A stretch of DNA of 64,000 bases, taken from positions 10,784,064 through 10,848,063 of the forward strand of contig NC_057716.1 in the NCBI RefSeq assembly GCF_004010195.1, written 5' to 3'. Origin of the DNA: Chiloscyllium plagiosum. Lineage: Eukaryota. Under the pieces are notes generated by a model that worked only from the letters and a program-made list of their open reading frames with translations, was not told the DNA's origin and ran no database searches. Shown here one piece after another: positions 38,501 to 51,604 of this stretch. The translations under genes were made by a program, and so were the position numbers. Numbering within the stretch: the first letter of the stretch is position 1; each line of letters opens with the position of its first letter.

Positions 38501-39868
38501 TATTGTTTACATGGCCTTGATCAGAGCTGGGTACGTTAACCAGTTTCTTCCCTTTTCTGAGATTTTGTAGCAGTTTGATAAAAACTGAATGCCTTGTTAG
38601 GCCAGTTCAAGCAGCATTTAAGAGTCGACCACATTCCTGTGCATCTGGAATCGCATGAAGGCCACACCAGGGGAGAATGCCAAATGTCCTTTGCTGAAGG
38701 GGATTAGTGAATGAGTTACATTTTTACAACAATCATTAATGCTTTCATGTTCACCATTAGACCTTTAATTCCAGAGGTATTGGGCCACAGAACACCACGC
38801 AGTTTTGATTGCTATCTAAACGTCTTGGATAAATTTATTGAATGGATACAGGGTATCCTTGTGAATAGCATAGCGTTTTATTTGGTGTCATAACCTTCAG
38901 GTATAGAATGCAATCAGTACGTCATATTTCGCAGGGAAATGTTTCCATGAGTTACAAATAATGGAACTAAAACAGAATTACATATTCCTATCCCAGGAAC
39001 AAAGCTTTGTTTTATTCTAGTAAAAGGCAAAAACAAGCTCAAGATGGATACTGTACTAATAAGACCTGTAAATGTGAAGGTCCAGGTTTTGCACACCATT
39101 TGGTCCTGAATTGCCAATTGCAAAATGGTCAACTTGCCTGAAGGTGCTAAACAAGAGACCTTCAGGTTTGCCACTCAAGTGCTGATTAGACAAGTCTTCA
39201 TAAAAGTGTGTATATGGATTCCTAGCCATCAATCCCGTTGAAATAATGGATTGTGCTGTCTCGCACACATTACCACTTTACAGGTTAACTAAAGCATTGA
39301 AATAGAGAGCGTACAGATTCACAGTGTTAACAGTGGAGGACACCCAGGGAAGGAGAAATGGCCTATGTACACTGGGAGGAAAGACAGGACCTTGTTTCCT
39401 TGCACTCTCTACCTGCGGCGACTGGAGCTACTCTGCCCTGAGTCTTCCTCTCAATCCCAGACCAGTCAGTGGAAAATTGAGCAAGGTGTCTATGAGCAAG
39501 CATATCCTTTCTCCTGTGAGCTATGTAAAGTGCCCAGCACAGTACAGAAGCACACTGCATAATCTTTTTAGGGAACAACTTCAGAGAATTTCTGAATTTG
39601 GCAATGTGTCCCCAAATGTTGGAAATACAAACCAAATGTTGGGAGTGCTGTGCATGGTATCTTTCATAAAACATAGCACAGTTCATCCATCTGCAAAGCT
39701 GTCTGAATTCAAAATGAATTCCAAATATAAATATGGTTGCTTGTGTCCTTCCTTAACTTCAATGTTATGGCTCAACTGTATGTCTCCATAATAGCCCTCT
39801 TAAGATAAAATAATTGTAACATCAAGGCCAAGAAAGCACAATTCCAAATCTGTTAGGCTGATAGCATA

Positions 39869-39874
39869 TTTATT
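39869..39874 (-). terminator. polyadenylation signal of copy 3
   Basis: AATAAA about 48 nt after the stop codon. Confidence 0.7.
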
Positions 39875-39921
39875 ATGTTTCAGAATATTACGTATGTCAG
39901 AATTCTGTTTTCAACAAGGAA

Positions 39922-41873
39922 TTAAAAGTCTCTCATGCGCCTGAAAGATCCAACAGTTGCATTGTAGCCTCCCCAGTCACTGTATCCCCTGTATTCACCA
40001 GGTCTCATGAAGTACTGTCGCCCTCTGTAACTGGGATGTTCATAGAAGATCCAGTAACCGTCCATCACATGGCAGGAGTGGATATCACGGTAACGGAAAC
40101 GATCGTAGACAGATGGACAGTCATCCATGAATTCCATCATCTGTCCTCCAAAGTCAGGCCTCTCGTAAATCCTCATTCTGTAGGAGCTTCCTCGGTACTG
40201 GAATAGAGAAAAAACAAATTAATCATTTACTGGATGAGATCATCCCTGGTCAGGCCAGAAATTATTGCCCATTCCTAGTTGTCCAGAGGGCAGCTAAGAG
40301 TCAACCATATTGCTTTGGAACTGTAGGCTGGATCATGTAAGGACAGCAGTTTCCTTTCCTAAAGGACATTAATGAGCCAGATGGGTTTTTCTGACAATGG
40401 CAATGATTTCATGCACAATATTAAATTCTTAATTCCATTGCAGGATTCAAACTCAGATCTCCAGGAGGTTAGTTGGGTCTCAACGTTAATAGCCTAATGA
40501 TAATACCACTAGGCCATCAACTCCTCTGAAATGGAACATGTGTGATGGCTCTATAAACATATGTGTACCAAGTGCAGTAAAATTGTATAAAAGAGGATGT
40601 GCTTTCTACTTGTAACATTATCAGGGAAACTACTTACAGTTTTAATGAAAATTCTCAAGCAAAGGCATTAAACAGCCTGTTTTGTATCAAGCTGTTCATG
40701 TCTCTTTTTGTATGTTGCAGTATTTGGTATTTGGCTCCCAGGCGTTTTGTAATCACTGTTTTGATAATATTCAATACTGTCAAACATTGAATAAAAATTA
40801 CTGTTGATAAAAATAAAACCATGAGCGGAAAAGGTTTTGGAATGAAATTACAGTGCAGCCAGCCTTGGAACTAGAAATGGATATCCAGTTTGTGAATACT
40901 AACTTTGGAAATATGGGAACAAAGAAACAGGAATAGGCTATAGTGCCCTTCAAGCCTCTTCTGGCACTCAATCAGGTCATGGCGGATTATGACCTAAAGA
41001 GTTGCTTCCAATTAGTATGTCCTGGGAAAGAAGTAGAAGAAAGTCTAGAGAGCATTTTGATGCAATGTTTTCTCATGAGTTGTCCAATAAGTAGGTGCAA
41101 GTATGAACATTTGGCTCCTGAAAAAATTCTGGTCCCATTTCTCTCACCTTTCCAGCATGTGGTTTATCATGAATGCTTAGCCACACTATTTATTATTTAT
41201 TTTGTTAATACATGTATCAATGAGAGTTTACACAGAGATTGTTTTGACTGGTCCCTGTGTTTTCTTGGAAGATGAGTCCACCCTGACTCTATCAGTGTAT
41301 CCCAACAGTTCCATCCATTTCTCCATCAAAGTTACAGCTATCAATCAGGCCAGTCCTGAGGAAAATCATGCATGTTACAGCAGAGGCAAATTAGTTACGA
41401 GCAGACGCAATGCAGGAATGTGGAAATGACAAACCACTGAACCTTTTGATGAACTAAAGCAATAGGTGAACAATCCTTTGTAAATATTAACCAAGTGACC
41501 AGCTCATTTTGTCTATAAGGACAACGTTTGACTTACATGTGGGTAGGAGCGACATGACCTGACACAGTCATTGAATCCCATCCAGCGTTGGTAGTCAGGG
41601 TACTTCCCCCTGGTCAGAACATACTGGTATCCCATGTAATTGGGTTTCTCATACAGCACCCACCAGTCACTCTCAACACGGATGGAGTTACAGCGGCTGA
41701 AGTAAGAGGACAGGTCGGCACAGTCACTGCTGCACTCATAGTGCCGCCCCTGGAAGTTCCTGTTCTCGTAAAAGATGATCTGTGGGTAAAGGAAATGAAA
41801 CAAAATATTTCTGTTTTCCAAGTAATTATTAATAAAAGGTGACAACTATGAAGGTTAACCTTACCTTTCCCAT
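39922..41873 (-). CDS. cryg: gamma-crystallin copy 3, 3 exons, 175 aa, intact ORF
   Basis: Exon 1 41865-41873 (MGK|gtaagg), exon 2 41537-41779 (IIFYENRNF...SYPH|gtaagt), exon 3 39922-40197 ([11 protein letters not shown]...RRMRDF TAA). All splice sites are canonical GT-AG. Confidence 0.95.
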
Positions 41874-41930
41874 TTTGAGCTCACAGTTGGTATAGCAGCG
41901 TCTGCACATGCTATCACTCTGGCTGGTCTG

Positions 41931-42008
41931 TATTTATACACATGAGAGACCATTGCAGAGACTGCCTTTGTTATTTTAAACAATCTCAAGCACAGATCAG
42001 CAAAAAAA
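41931..42008 (-). promoter_or_regulatory. class A crystallin promoter of copy 3
   Basis: TATAAATA at 41931-41938, ATTGTT at 41979-41984, TGCTGA at 41997-42002 with a T-rich 5' flank. The block TTTTAAACAATCTCAAGCACAGATCAGCAAAAA (plus strand) is identical to copy 1. Confidence 0.7.
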
Positions 42009-43936
42009 ACCAAAAATGTGTTACAGATATTTCAATAAAACCCCTTTACTCAAAGCAATAGATTCTATTAGCTGTTTTTCGTTTGCTTTCATGTTGTTTC
42101 AATTGTCCTGTAGAGGAAAAAAAAGAACAAAAGATTAGGGGCCCTAGTTATTCTCAAAGTAAAATACACAAACAGCATTGAACTATACACTCTGCTGAGG
42201 TTATAACCAGATATTATTGCTTTGTTTATTATTTATTTTGCATACGCCACTTTCACCAAACTTTATATCAATAGAACTATGTGGATGTTTTTGAATTACA
42301 TAATCAGCACACTTTAGTTTTAATATGATCCCTTCACCTCTTTCAGATCTGCTGCTGAATTGACCTTTAGCACAGTCGAACTGTTCCAATGCCAGCCTCC
42401 AACCTTTTGCACTTTATCAACCTCAAGTGCTCTAAACTACATCTTGCCATTCTCGAAATCGCATAGGTTTTGTTCACCTTTCACCCCTTTGCATCATGAT
42501 GTGCATTGGCTTCTCATTTTGGCAATATCTCGATTTCAAAGTTTTCCTTTTTATTTTTAAATTGTTCCATTTCTTTTCCCTTTCCACACTGCAACTCAGA
42601 AATCCAGAGAGTAAATGTTAAAACTGGAGGCTCGTCTTTAACTATAATCTTTTCCTGACAAAGACATGCGCTGTATACCACAGAATCTTGGAAACTGGTG
42701 TAACTGGAGGCTTTTGGTCCCATTACTGTGGGTCTGGAGTCACACGTAGGCCAGACCAGATAAGGATGGGCAGATTTCTTTTGCTAATGGACATTAGTGA
42801 ACCAGATGGGTTTTTGTTTAGAACAACTGGCAGTGGTTACATGATCCCCATTAGCTGGCCTTTAATTCCAGATCAGAGTATATGTCAATTTTGCTCAATG
42901 AAAGCTCAGTATTATACATCCTATTTCTATGCTGCTGCTTCAGAATGACAAACAAGTCATTGGACTAATACATCACAAAATGTTGAGGTGGGTAGTGATT
43001 GACAGCCATTTAAGATACACTTTTTAAAGGTACATGCACATCAAATCTCAACACCCCCATTTTCTAATAAAATGTTATCCTTAAATAGTCAACGTTATCA
43101 CATGCCAAAGCAACAAATACAGAGTAATAAGTTTACCAGCATCTAAAATGTATCAACAATTTGATTTGTTGTTGAAACATTTCTGACTGTGTTCTAGTCG
43201 CATAAGGATTTTTCAGTTTTTTCTTATTGTGGTACTGTTCAGAATTAGTATTTATTTCCTCACGCAATTTGTTTCTGGATGTAAGCTAACAATTTTGACC
43301 GGATTCCAAGACACATCAGTTGGACATTGTATTCAAACTTCCTGTCTTATATTCAGATCAGGTGATATGCCCACATGCTGCTCATGGAGGTCTTTCATAT
43401 CCTCCCTTCAACCACTTTCATCCAGTCAATGCATTGTGTATTCCTTGGAATATCCATGAGTGAGCTAGGGCAGTATTTGTTTGAACATGCCTGCCAAATA
43501 ATCTTTCCCTATCAGTTCTGTGATATAACATTTGCAAGTTCAGAATAGCTGGTCCAAACTGTGTTATGTAGCCCATTGGCTGATTATCTTTGTTGAGTTA
43601 GGTAACCTTCTCCCATTATAAGCATAGGGGTTTCATTGGTGCTTCTTGTGATCTGTGGTCCTTAGCATTGTCTTGGGGCTACTCTGCTTGCCATTTACCT
43701 CCAGGCACTGGAACCATGGTGTCCACAACATAAGATATTTGAGGTGCGTATAGTGAATTTTCATAGTGACACTTATGTGTAATGGATTCTATTCAATGTG
43801 CTTGTTATCCTCATCACCTGATGGTGTCACATAACTGGGGATTTTATGGATCTTGTCTTGATATTGTCTGGGACACTGTCTTGGTTGGTTAGAATACTGC
43901 GCCTGTCTGGATTTTAGTTCTGGCTTCCCATAACAT

Positions 43937-44487
43937 TGCACCTGAGCCTTCTTCTGGAGTACTGCATGCAGTTTTGGTCCTCCTGTTATTGGAAGGATGT
44001 CATCAAATTGGAGTGGTTTCAGGAAAGATTTACTAAGATGGTGCTGAGAATGGAAGATCTGAATATGAAAATAGACTTGAAAGGCTGGGACTTTATTCAC
44101 TGGAGCATTGGAGGTTGAGGGGTGACTGTACAGAAATTTATAACATCATCAAGAGCATAGATAAGGGGAATAGCAAAGACCTGTCCCCTATGATGGGGGA
44201 GTTCAAAACTAGGGTACATGTTTTAAGGTGAGAGGAGAAAGATTTAAAAAGGACATGAGGGACAACTTTTTTACACAGAGTGGTTAGTATGTGGAAAAAT
44301 CTGCCAGAGGAAGTGGTGGATGCAGGTGCAGTTACAACATTGAAAAGACATTTGGATATGTTCATGAATAGGAAAGGTTTAGAGGGATGTGGGCTGGATG
44401 CAAGCTGATGGTCTAGTTTAGTTTGGGAACATGGTGGGCGTGGGCTAGTTGGACAGAAGAGTCTGTTTCCATTTTGTATAACTCTAT
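43937..44487 (+). mobile_element. diverged CR1 3' fragment
   Basis: [21 protein letters not shown] motif. Confidence 0.8.
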
Positions 44488-46371
44488 TTAATTTTTTTTG
44501 CATTGATGCTTCCAATATCCTCTGGTGCCACATTCCTTGCAAACATCATAAAAGCTGAGCATTTTTAGGGTGCATGCTTGAGGCTGTACTACCTGCATTG
44601 CCCATGAGGTTTGCGTGCATTGGCTACCATGTGAATGGTGCATAAATTATGTATAACCTGTAGGCTCTGTCAAAAGGACTGGGTGGCCATGCCATTCAGG
44701 CAGCTGTCAAGGTCACAGCTATCCAGAATTTTAGTGCCAGGGCTTTCATTTCAAGGAGCAATTGGGGAAGTGTGTGGCACCAACTCATCTTCGACACATA
44801 AACGCATCCAGGATATCACTGATATCTTTTTATCTAGATCCCATCTGTTACTGTCATTCCCTCATAATTAGCAGAGTCAAGCAACTTGCACAATAGTACG
44901 GTCCATCACCACTGACTGCTCCTGGGTTTAGAACACACCTATGTTACTTTAAAAATGCTCTATCATCAAATGGCAGCATTCATCAACAGAAGGGTCTTCC
45001 ACTCCATCAATGATTAAATTATATCCAATCACAAATGCCAGATCTTGGAGGTCTGTGCAAGATATCCTGGGAAGTGCCATGACTCTTGTCTTCCTGAGAA
45101 TTGACAAGTTTCTGCCTTCTTTCAAGATCCCCAAGCTATACAGAGATACTACTGGAATACAAGGACTGCCCTCAGCAAGCATGGCTCATGACACCTTTAT
45201 AAGACCCTCAGATTGACACAGGATTATAGTGGAACAGACGATAAGCCTGCTTAAAATGAGGTTCAGATGCCTGGACAACTTGAACATAACCTCGTAGGGC
45301 AACCCAGAAAAGTTGTATCAGATTGTTGGGCAGGTGGGGAGGGGAGTGGGGGGTGGTCCCTGGATTCAGAGGAAATAGAGAATTGACAGCAATATTCTGA
45401 GGGAGAAAATACAGACAAGCATCAGGATGTTGACCTGTGTGAGAGAACAATACTTCCTCAAATGTGAAAAGGCAGTGATAGTCTCATTCTACAACAACAA
45501 AATCTGAGGAAGGGTCACTTGACGTGAAACGTAAACTCTAACTTCTCTCCAAAGATACTGCCAGATCTACTGAGCTTTTCCAGCAATTTCTGATTTACAG
45601 CATCCGCAGTTCTTTCAGTTTTTAAATAACCTCATTCTAACGTGCTTCCGGAATGAATGTGCTGGGCTTGTATTTCCTTGAATTGTTTAGCATTCTGCTG
45701 TTAATTTGAGAAGCAACTCCTGCTAGTGCAGAGGACATGTGATCAAAATTACAGTAGATTTATTTACATAGTAACGGGGTCCATCCAATCACATTAAATG
45801 TGGGAGAGTCTTTTCATGCTGAGATTGGAAGAAGAATCGTGAGGCTTGCACTTTGCTGTCCTCACAGTTGTTTTACCAGGTCACTGTTAGACACAGAGGG
45901 CCCTGCAGCAATTCTAAAGCAAATGATTGTAGGAAGGGTCACTGGACCTGAAACATTGACTCTGTTTCTCTCCAAAGATACTGCCAGATCTGCTGAGTTT
46001 CTCCAGCTACTTCTGTTTTTGTTTTAGGTTCCCAGCATCTGCAGTTCTTTGTTTTTTGTTTGTAAGATGTGGCAGTCAGAAGTTAGTCTATGATATGTCT
46101 TTGGTGGAGTTCCCATTCAAGTTGAAATAACACTAAGAATTGGAAAGAATGAAAATCTGCCATTCGAACTACCTTAGACGCTGAGAATGAAACGATAGCC
46201 TGGGAAGAGAAATGAAATTCCTAATCTAAATTCTTCAGTTCCTTGAGATCTTGGCATAATCTTGTTCTTTTTGAGACTAAGTATGGTGATGGCACCTAAA
46301 GGCAGGAAGTACTTGAGGTTGGGCCCAGAACAAGATGTCCTATGCCAATACATTCTTCTCAGCTCATTGAA

Positions 46372-46588
46372 TAGTTCATTCTGCTATAACGCGTGTTTCG
46401 TTAACATGAGTTCACAATAACATGATTGATAAATTGGGAACACTGTTACTAAAGTACAAAGTTTTAAAGCATGCATTGCTTATAACGCAATTCCGGACCC
46501 AGCAGTTTAAATGGTGCTGCTATTACATGATTTTCTTATAACACAGGATTGCACAAGAACGGAGCTACCATGTTATTGTGAAACTGAT
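46372..46588. mobile_element. possible MITE (Tc1/pogo-like)
   Basis: Imperfect terminal inverted repeats and internal repeats of (C/A)TATAAC(A/G). Confidence 0.35.
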
Positions 46589-46679
46589 GATATATACATG
46601 CATAAATAGAATATCAAATCCATAGGCAGGCACAAAGCATGATGGCGACTGTATCATTTAGGCTCAAACTTCCAGATGC

Positions 46680-47120
46680 CATATTTACCCAGATAACACT
46701 TCACATTTCTCTGCATTGAATTTCAATCGGCCAAATGTCTACCCATTTGGCCAACTTGTCAATGTCCCTCTGAAGTCACTCAGCATCATCCTCACGATGC
46801 ACTATTCTCCCTAGCATAGAATCGTCTGCAAATTTAGAGATCTTTCCCTCAGCACCTAACTCCAAATTGTTTATATAAAGCAGACAAATCAAAGGGTTCT
46901 AACACTGATCCCTAGGGAACACCACTTTCAACTCATCTCTAATCTGAGAAATATCCATCTGTTTGCCATCTTTTAGCCAACTTCTAAACAATGCTGCCAA
47001 AAAAAACATCAATCCCAAACATTTTTCATTTACTAGCCAACTGCTATGTGTCATCGTAAAAAATGCTTTCTGAAAATCCAAATATACAACATCCACAGCA
47101 CTCATCTCATCCTTTGCCTG
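46680..47120 (-). mobile_element. old CR1 RT fragment
   Basis: AVDVVYLDFQKAF in ORF 46899-47216. Confidence 0.7.
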
Positions 47121-49300
47121 TGACAGCCAATGTTGCATTTCTTTCACAAAAGGACAATTGGCTATTACACATCTGCCAGGTTTTACAGTTAAAATATTAA
47201 AAGAGCTGCAACACATACGAACTCCTGCATCATCAGGTCACAGGGGCTTCCATCTCAACTGGGAGAACTTACACATTTGATTACACCCTTCACCAGAGGG
47301 TTGCACTGGACAAAAACACAACTACAAATGTTGGCGCTGAGCAGAGGTCAAGCAGACATAATAAGTAACACTTTATTGTCTTCCACCTACTCTAATTCTA
47401 TAAAGAAACGCCATTCATTTGGAAATCTTCACTCTTCAAATTTCCTCAACCAAATTCTTCTTATCAGTCATGGTAAACCAGACCTTCATGGCATGAGGGA
47501 CTAACATTTCAATCTGTGTTCATGAATACAAAGGAAGTGCTTATGTGCCCACACTAATGTCTCTTAATGCCTCTGTCCTTCTGCAGGTGAAAAATATACA
47601 CAACCGATGTGAACATACACAGACATGTGGATTGGAGGTTGGTGGGTTGGGAATAGAGTGGCTGGTATGCCTTATGTAGAGAGGACAAGGTAACAGAGTT
47701 GTCAGGAAAGTAAGGTGTCATACCAGCGCTGGTGGTGAGTTTGGAAGTGTACACTCCTCAATGGATTCTGCTACTTATGTGAGGGCCACAACTCATGATG
47801 CTACCATCTCTTTTCGTTTTACTTAGCAGTCTCTAGGTCCCATTCCCAAACTGCGAGAAGGAAGCAGAAGAGTTCTATCCTGCAGTCCCATTTCTAGCGC
47901 CACCTCTGAGGAGGATGATGTTGAACCCTCAGCAGATGCATTATCAAGGCATTCTTCCTCATTCTCCACCAGTACAGAGACATTCATTTCAAAGGTAATC
48001 TACTGAGAACAGGTTCACTGTTGTGATCTGGCAAGCACTGCACTGACACAGATCTCAGTGTGAGGACAGGTCTTTATTTCCATAATGTCGATGCTGTGAT
48101 CACTCCTGCAAATACCCAGATGAACAGACACATTTGCAACAGGAAGAATGAGGACAAAACAAAATAGGTCTTTCTCTCATTTAGTTATAAGTTGACTTTA
48201 ACTAGTCAAAAGTGCAGTTTGGTAGATATGTCCTTCAGGCTCATGCATGCTGTTCCATACCAGTTCTACTGAGGCACCCAAATAGAACTCCCCCACTCAG
48301 AGTACATTCTGTGCCATTGCATCCCTCATTTTCTCTTTCAAATATTCCTCAACATGAAGGAATATTGATTCATTAGTTGAGGATGATGATAGATGATGGC
48401 ACTGAAAATAACGAAAGAAGAATTTGCATTTACATAGCACCTTTCGTAATCTCAGAATATCTCAAGGTTCTCCGCTTATAATAATGTATGAAATAGCCAC
48501 AGAAACAGATGGTGGGAATAGATCACTTTCTAGCAAAGCTTGTTGAAATAGTTTTAGTGTGTGATATGTTTTCCGAAGTGTTTTTGATTTAATGAATTAC
48601 ATTCTCCTGGACAATTTCTTGTGTAGCTACCACTACCCCATAGGAATAAAGTCATCTGAATATCTCCCCTAACCAGACACTGACCATGCAACGTTCTGCA
48701 ACTCCTTTCCAGTCACCTCTCATGCCTCCGCCAATCATATCTTATCCAAATAAATGTCTCCTCATCCCTTGGTGCTGCAGATGTTAAATTGCTAATGACC
48801 CCACTTTCCATCTTGTCTACTGCCTTAGTTGATGTTGCTGTTGGTTCCCTCTTTTCAGGTACTGTCTGCCTCAGTGGGGAAGGTGTTACAAGTTGGGGAC
48901 TATGTGTTGCAAGTTACCCCTTTTGCAGGCTACAGTTGCACTGATAGAACACTGGAACTTGTGAGGCTGAGTGAGCTGAAACAAAGCAGCCTCAGGTGAT
49001 CTTGGTGCATTATTTAACAGAGTAAAATCAAAAGATCGGCTGGTTCTAATTAATAGGATGAGCCACTTTGAGCCATACAAATCCCTGCAATAGATAATCC
49101 CCTCAGGCTCTATACCAGCTGTTCTGGATGTGTGGTGGTCCACTCATTTTCTGCTTTTCTAATTGTTCCTTTTAATGATGATATCACTAAGATTATTGTC
49201 GTAAAGGATTCTGCATGAGATCACCAACTGCAAGTACTATTTTGCGCAATTATTATGCAAACCCCAAAATTGAACAATATAATAGTGTAATGGAGAGTAT

Positions 49301-49306
49301 TTTATT
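49301..49306 (-). terminator. polyadenylation signal of copy 4
   Basis: AATAAA about 29 nt after the stop codon. Confidence 0.55.
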
Positions 49307-49334
49307 AGGATGGCAAATATTTTACAAGGACAAG

Positions 49335-50903
49335 CTAGAAATCCCTCATTCGCCTGAAAGATCCGATAGTTGAGCTGTAGCCTCCCCAGTCACTGTATCT
49401 CCTGTATTCACCGGGTCTCATGAAGTACTGTCGCCCTCTGTAGTTGGGATGTTCATAGAAGATCCAGTAACCGTCCATCACATGGCAGGAGTGGATGTCA
49501 CGGTAACGGAAATGATCGTAGACAGATGGACAGTCATCCATGAATTCCATCATCTGTCCTCCAAAGTCAGACCTCTCATAAATCCTCATTCTGTAGGAAC
49601 CTCCTCGGTACTGGAATAGAAATAAGATGTTATTGTAGATATATATTTAATATATACAAAATAGTTAGCCATTGTTCAAATGGACTGTAGGTATCATTCC
49701 CTGAAAAAAAAAGAGAGACACAAACACACATGGATCTTGGTTCTCAGGTACTACCTTATACTACTCATAGGGAGGGAGAGTGAGCAGACCTCCATGAACT
49801 GCTCCAGTTTTCTCAGGGACTGAAAACACACTTGGTATTCATCTGCATTTCACATCGAGCTAACTGTACTAGCCAAATCCCACATATGGCAGTAAACAGA
49901 AAGCAAGACTGATATATAACAAGGCCCATTTGATGACATTAACCATTGGAGCGAAGCTGAGGTGACCTATTATTATCAGTTTAATAGGTTGCTGTGTTTG
50001 AAGCTTCGATATAAACTTGTGCAGGTAATCACAGAAGTGCCTGTAAGAGTACACGTGAGATTAATACTAGTTGAACACAGACTGAAGTTTTTCAATGTCC
50101 ATAAAATTCTTTTGCAATTGCTATCATTTTGTGTTTCTCCAAGTAGGACAATTTGTTTTTTCCTATAATATATATTAAATAGTTAAAATTAGCTGAAGTG
50201 AGTAAGTAAAAGTATATTAATTAACAGATTGTATTCAGTTATCTCTTAGTCCAGCTGTAGATTACCTTATTGTTTCAATTTGGATGGACTGCCATCATGT
50301 GGTGCACAAAGCTAAGTTTGCATAACTATTGCTTTAAGAAACAAACTGCCTAACTTAATCTCAAGATCAGAAACATGTGGATCAGTAAATCAGATCAGAT
50401 GGGTGACAGACAGACAGTCTCCTGCCTGCTAACACCATTGGCAGAAGTTAACTTCTGGCCTGTGGAAATAGCCAATGATTGTACAGACTTGTTGTTCATG
50501 ATTTAAAATTTTGAGCATTTTGATCATTTCTCAGTGTTAGTTTGGGTCAGAAATACAAACCACCAGAAATGACTCACATATGGGTAACTGCGACATGACC
50601 TGACACAGTCATTGAATCCCATCCAGCGCTGGTAGTCAGGATACTCTCCCCTGGTAATTGGGTTTCTCATACAGCACCCACCAGTCACTGTCAACACGGA
50701 TGGAGTTACAGCGGCTGAAATAGGAGTGCAGGTCAGCACAGTCACTGCTGCACTCATAGTGCCGCCCCTGGAAGTTCCTGTCCTCGTAAAAGATGATCTG
50801 TGGAAAGAGATAAATCCTTGTAAATTACTCATTTCTCAAACTCAGCAATACTTTATAGAAAATTCTGACAATATATAAACAATGTAATTCTTGCCTTTCC
50901 CAT
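49335..50903 (-). pseudogene. cryg: gamma-crystallin copy 4, frameshifted
   Basis: Exon 1 50895-50903 (MGK|gcaaga). Exon 2 50578-50797 is 220 nt: 23 nt (plus strand cagaacatactggtatcccatgt) are deleted at about 50655, giving ...KPNYQGRVS* with TGA at 50636-50638 (56 aa). Exon 3 49335-49610 is intact. Confidence 0.85.
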
Positions 50904-50958
50904 TTTGAGCTCAAAGCTTAGTAACTGACTGAATATTTCAGCTCCTCACACAACTTCG

Positions 50959-51045
50959 TATTTATATGCTGGGTAGAAATACCTCTCTGGGCCATACTTT
51001 TGTTATTGTAATGAGCACCATAGTTTAAAATCAGCACAAAAGCAG
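50959..51045 (-). promoter_or_regulatory. class B crystallin promoter of copy 4
   Basis: TATAAATA at 50959-50966 and TTTTGTGCTGA at 51031-51041. Confidence 0.6.
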
Positions 51046-51604
51046 AAAAAAACCATGTCATGTTCATGCATTGTAAAGCAAACTATTTTAAGGCACCAAT
51101 ATAGCATTGAATGTGTTTTGCCTCCATGCCATTTTAATTGTGCGAAGAAGGCAACGTCATTATGTTTCAATTACTGTATCTGCACAGAAGTTCTCGAACA
51201 GTTGTCACTAGATATTCAATCAGGTACATTTCCAAAAGGTTGGGGTAGTGACTGAAGTTGACTTTTAAACTGTTCAAAAGACAGGTGTATATATCCAGAA
51301 CAAATTCCTTTATTTGCAGCACTCTCCGTCATGCCTAATCTGTAACTGCCAGGGTGATTTAACTCTGTATTGTTCTCCACAATCTATTAAAGATTTATCA
51401 CTGCATGTATCTATTTGGTTTTGTGCATGTTATTTATTAACAGAAGTTACAGCCCATACTCAGTATCCTACCTTAATTAATGTCCATTGGTCTTGCTTCT
51501 GTTTTGTTGCATTAGGTTCCAAATTTCAGTCTAGCTGAGACCATTTTGCAGGTATAAGCAGACCAATCAAAAGACAGACGATGGTGTGATCATACACATT
51601 AGAA

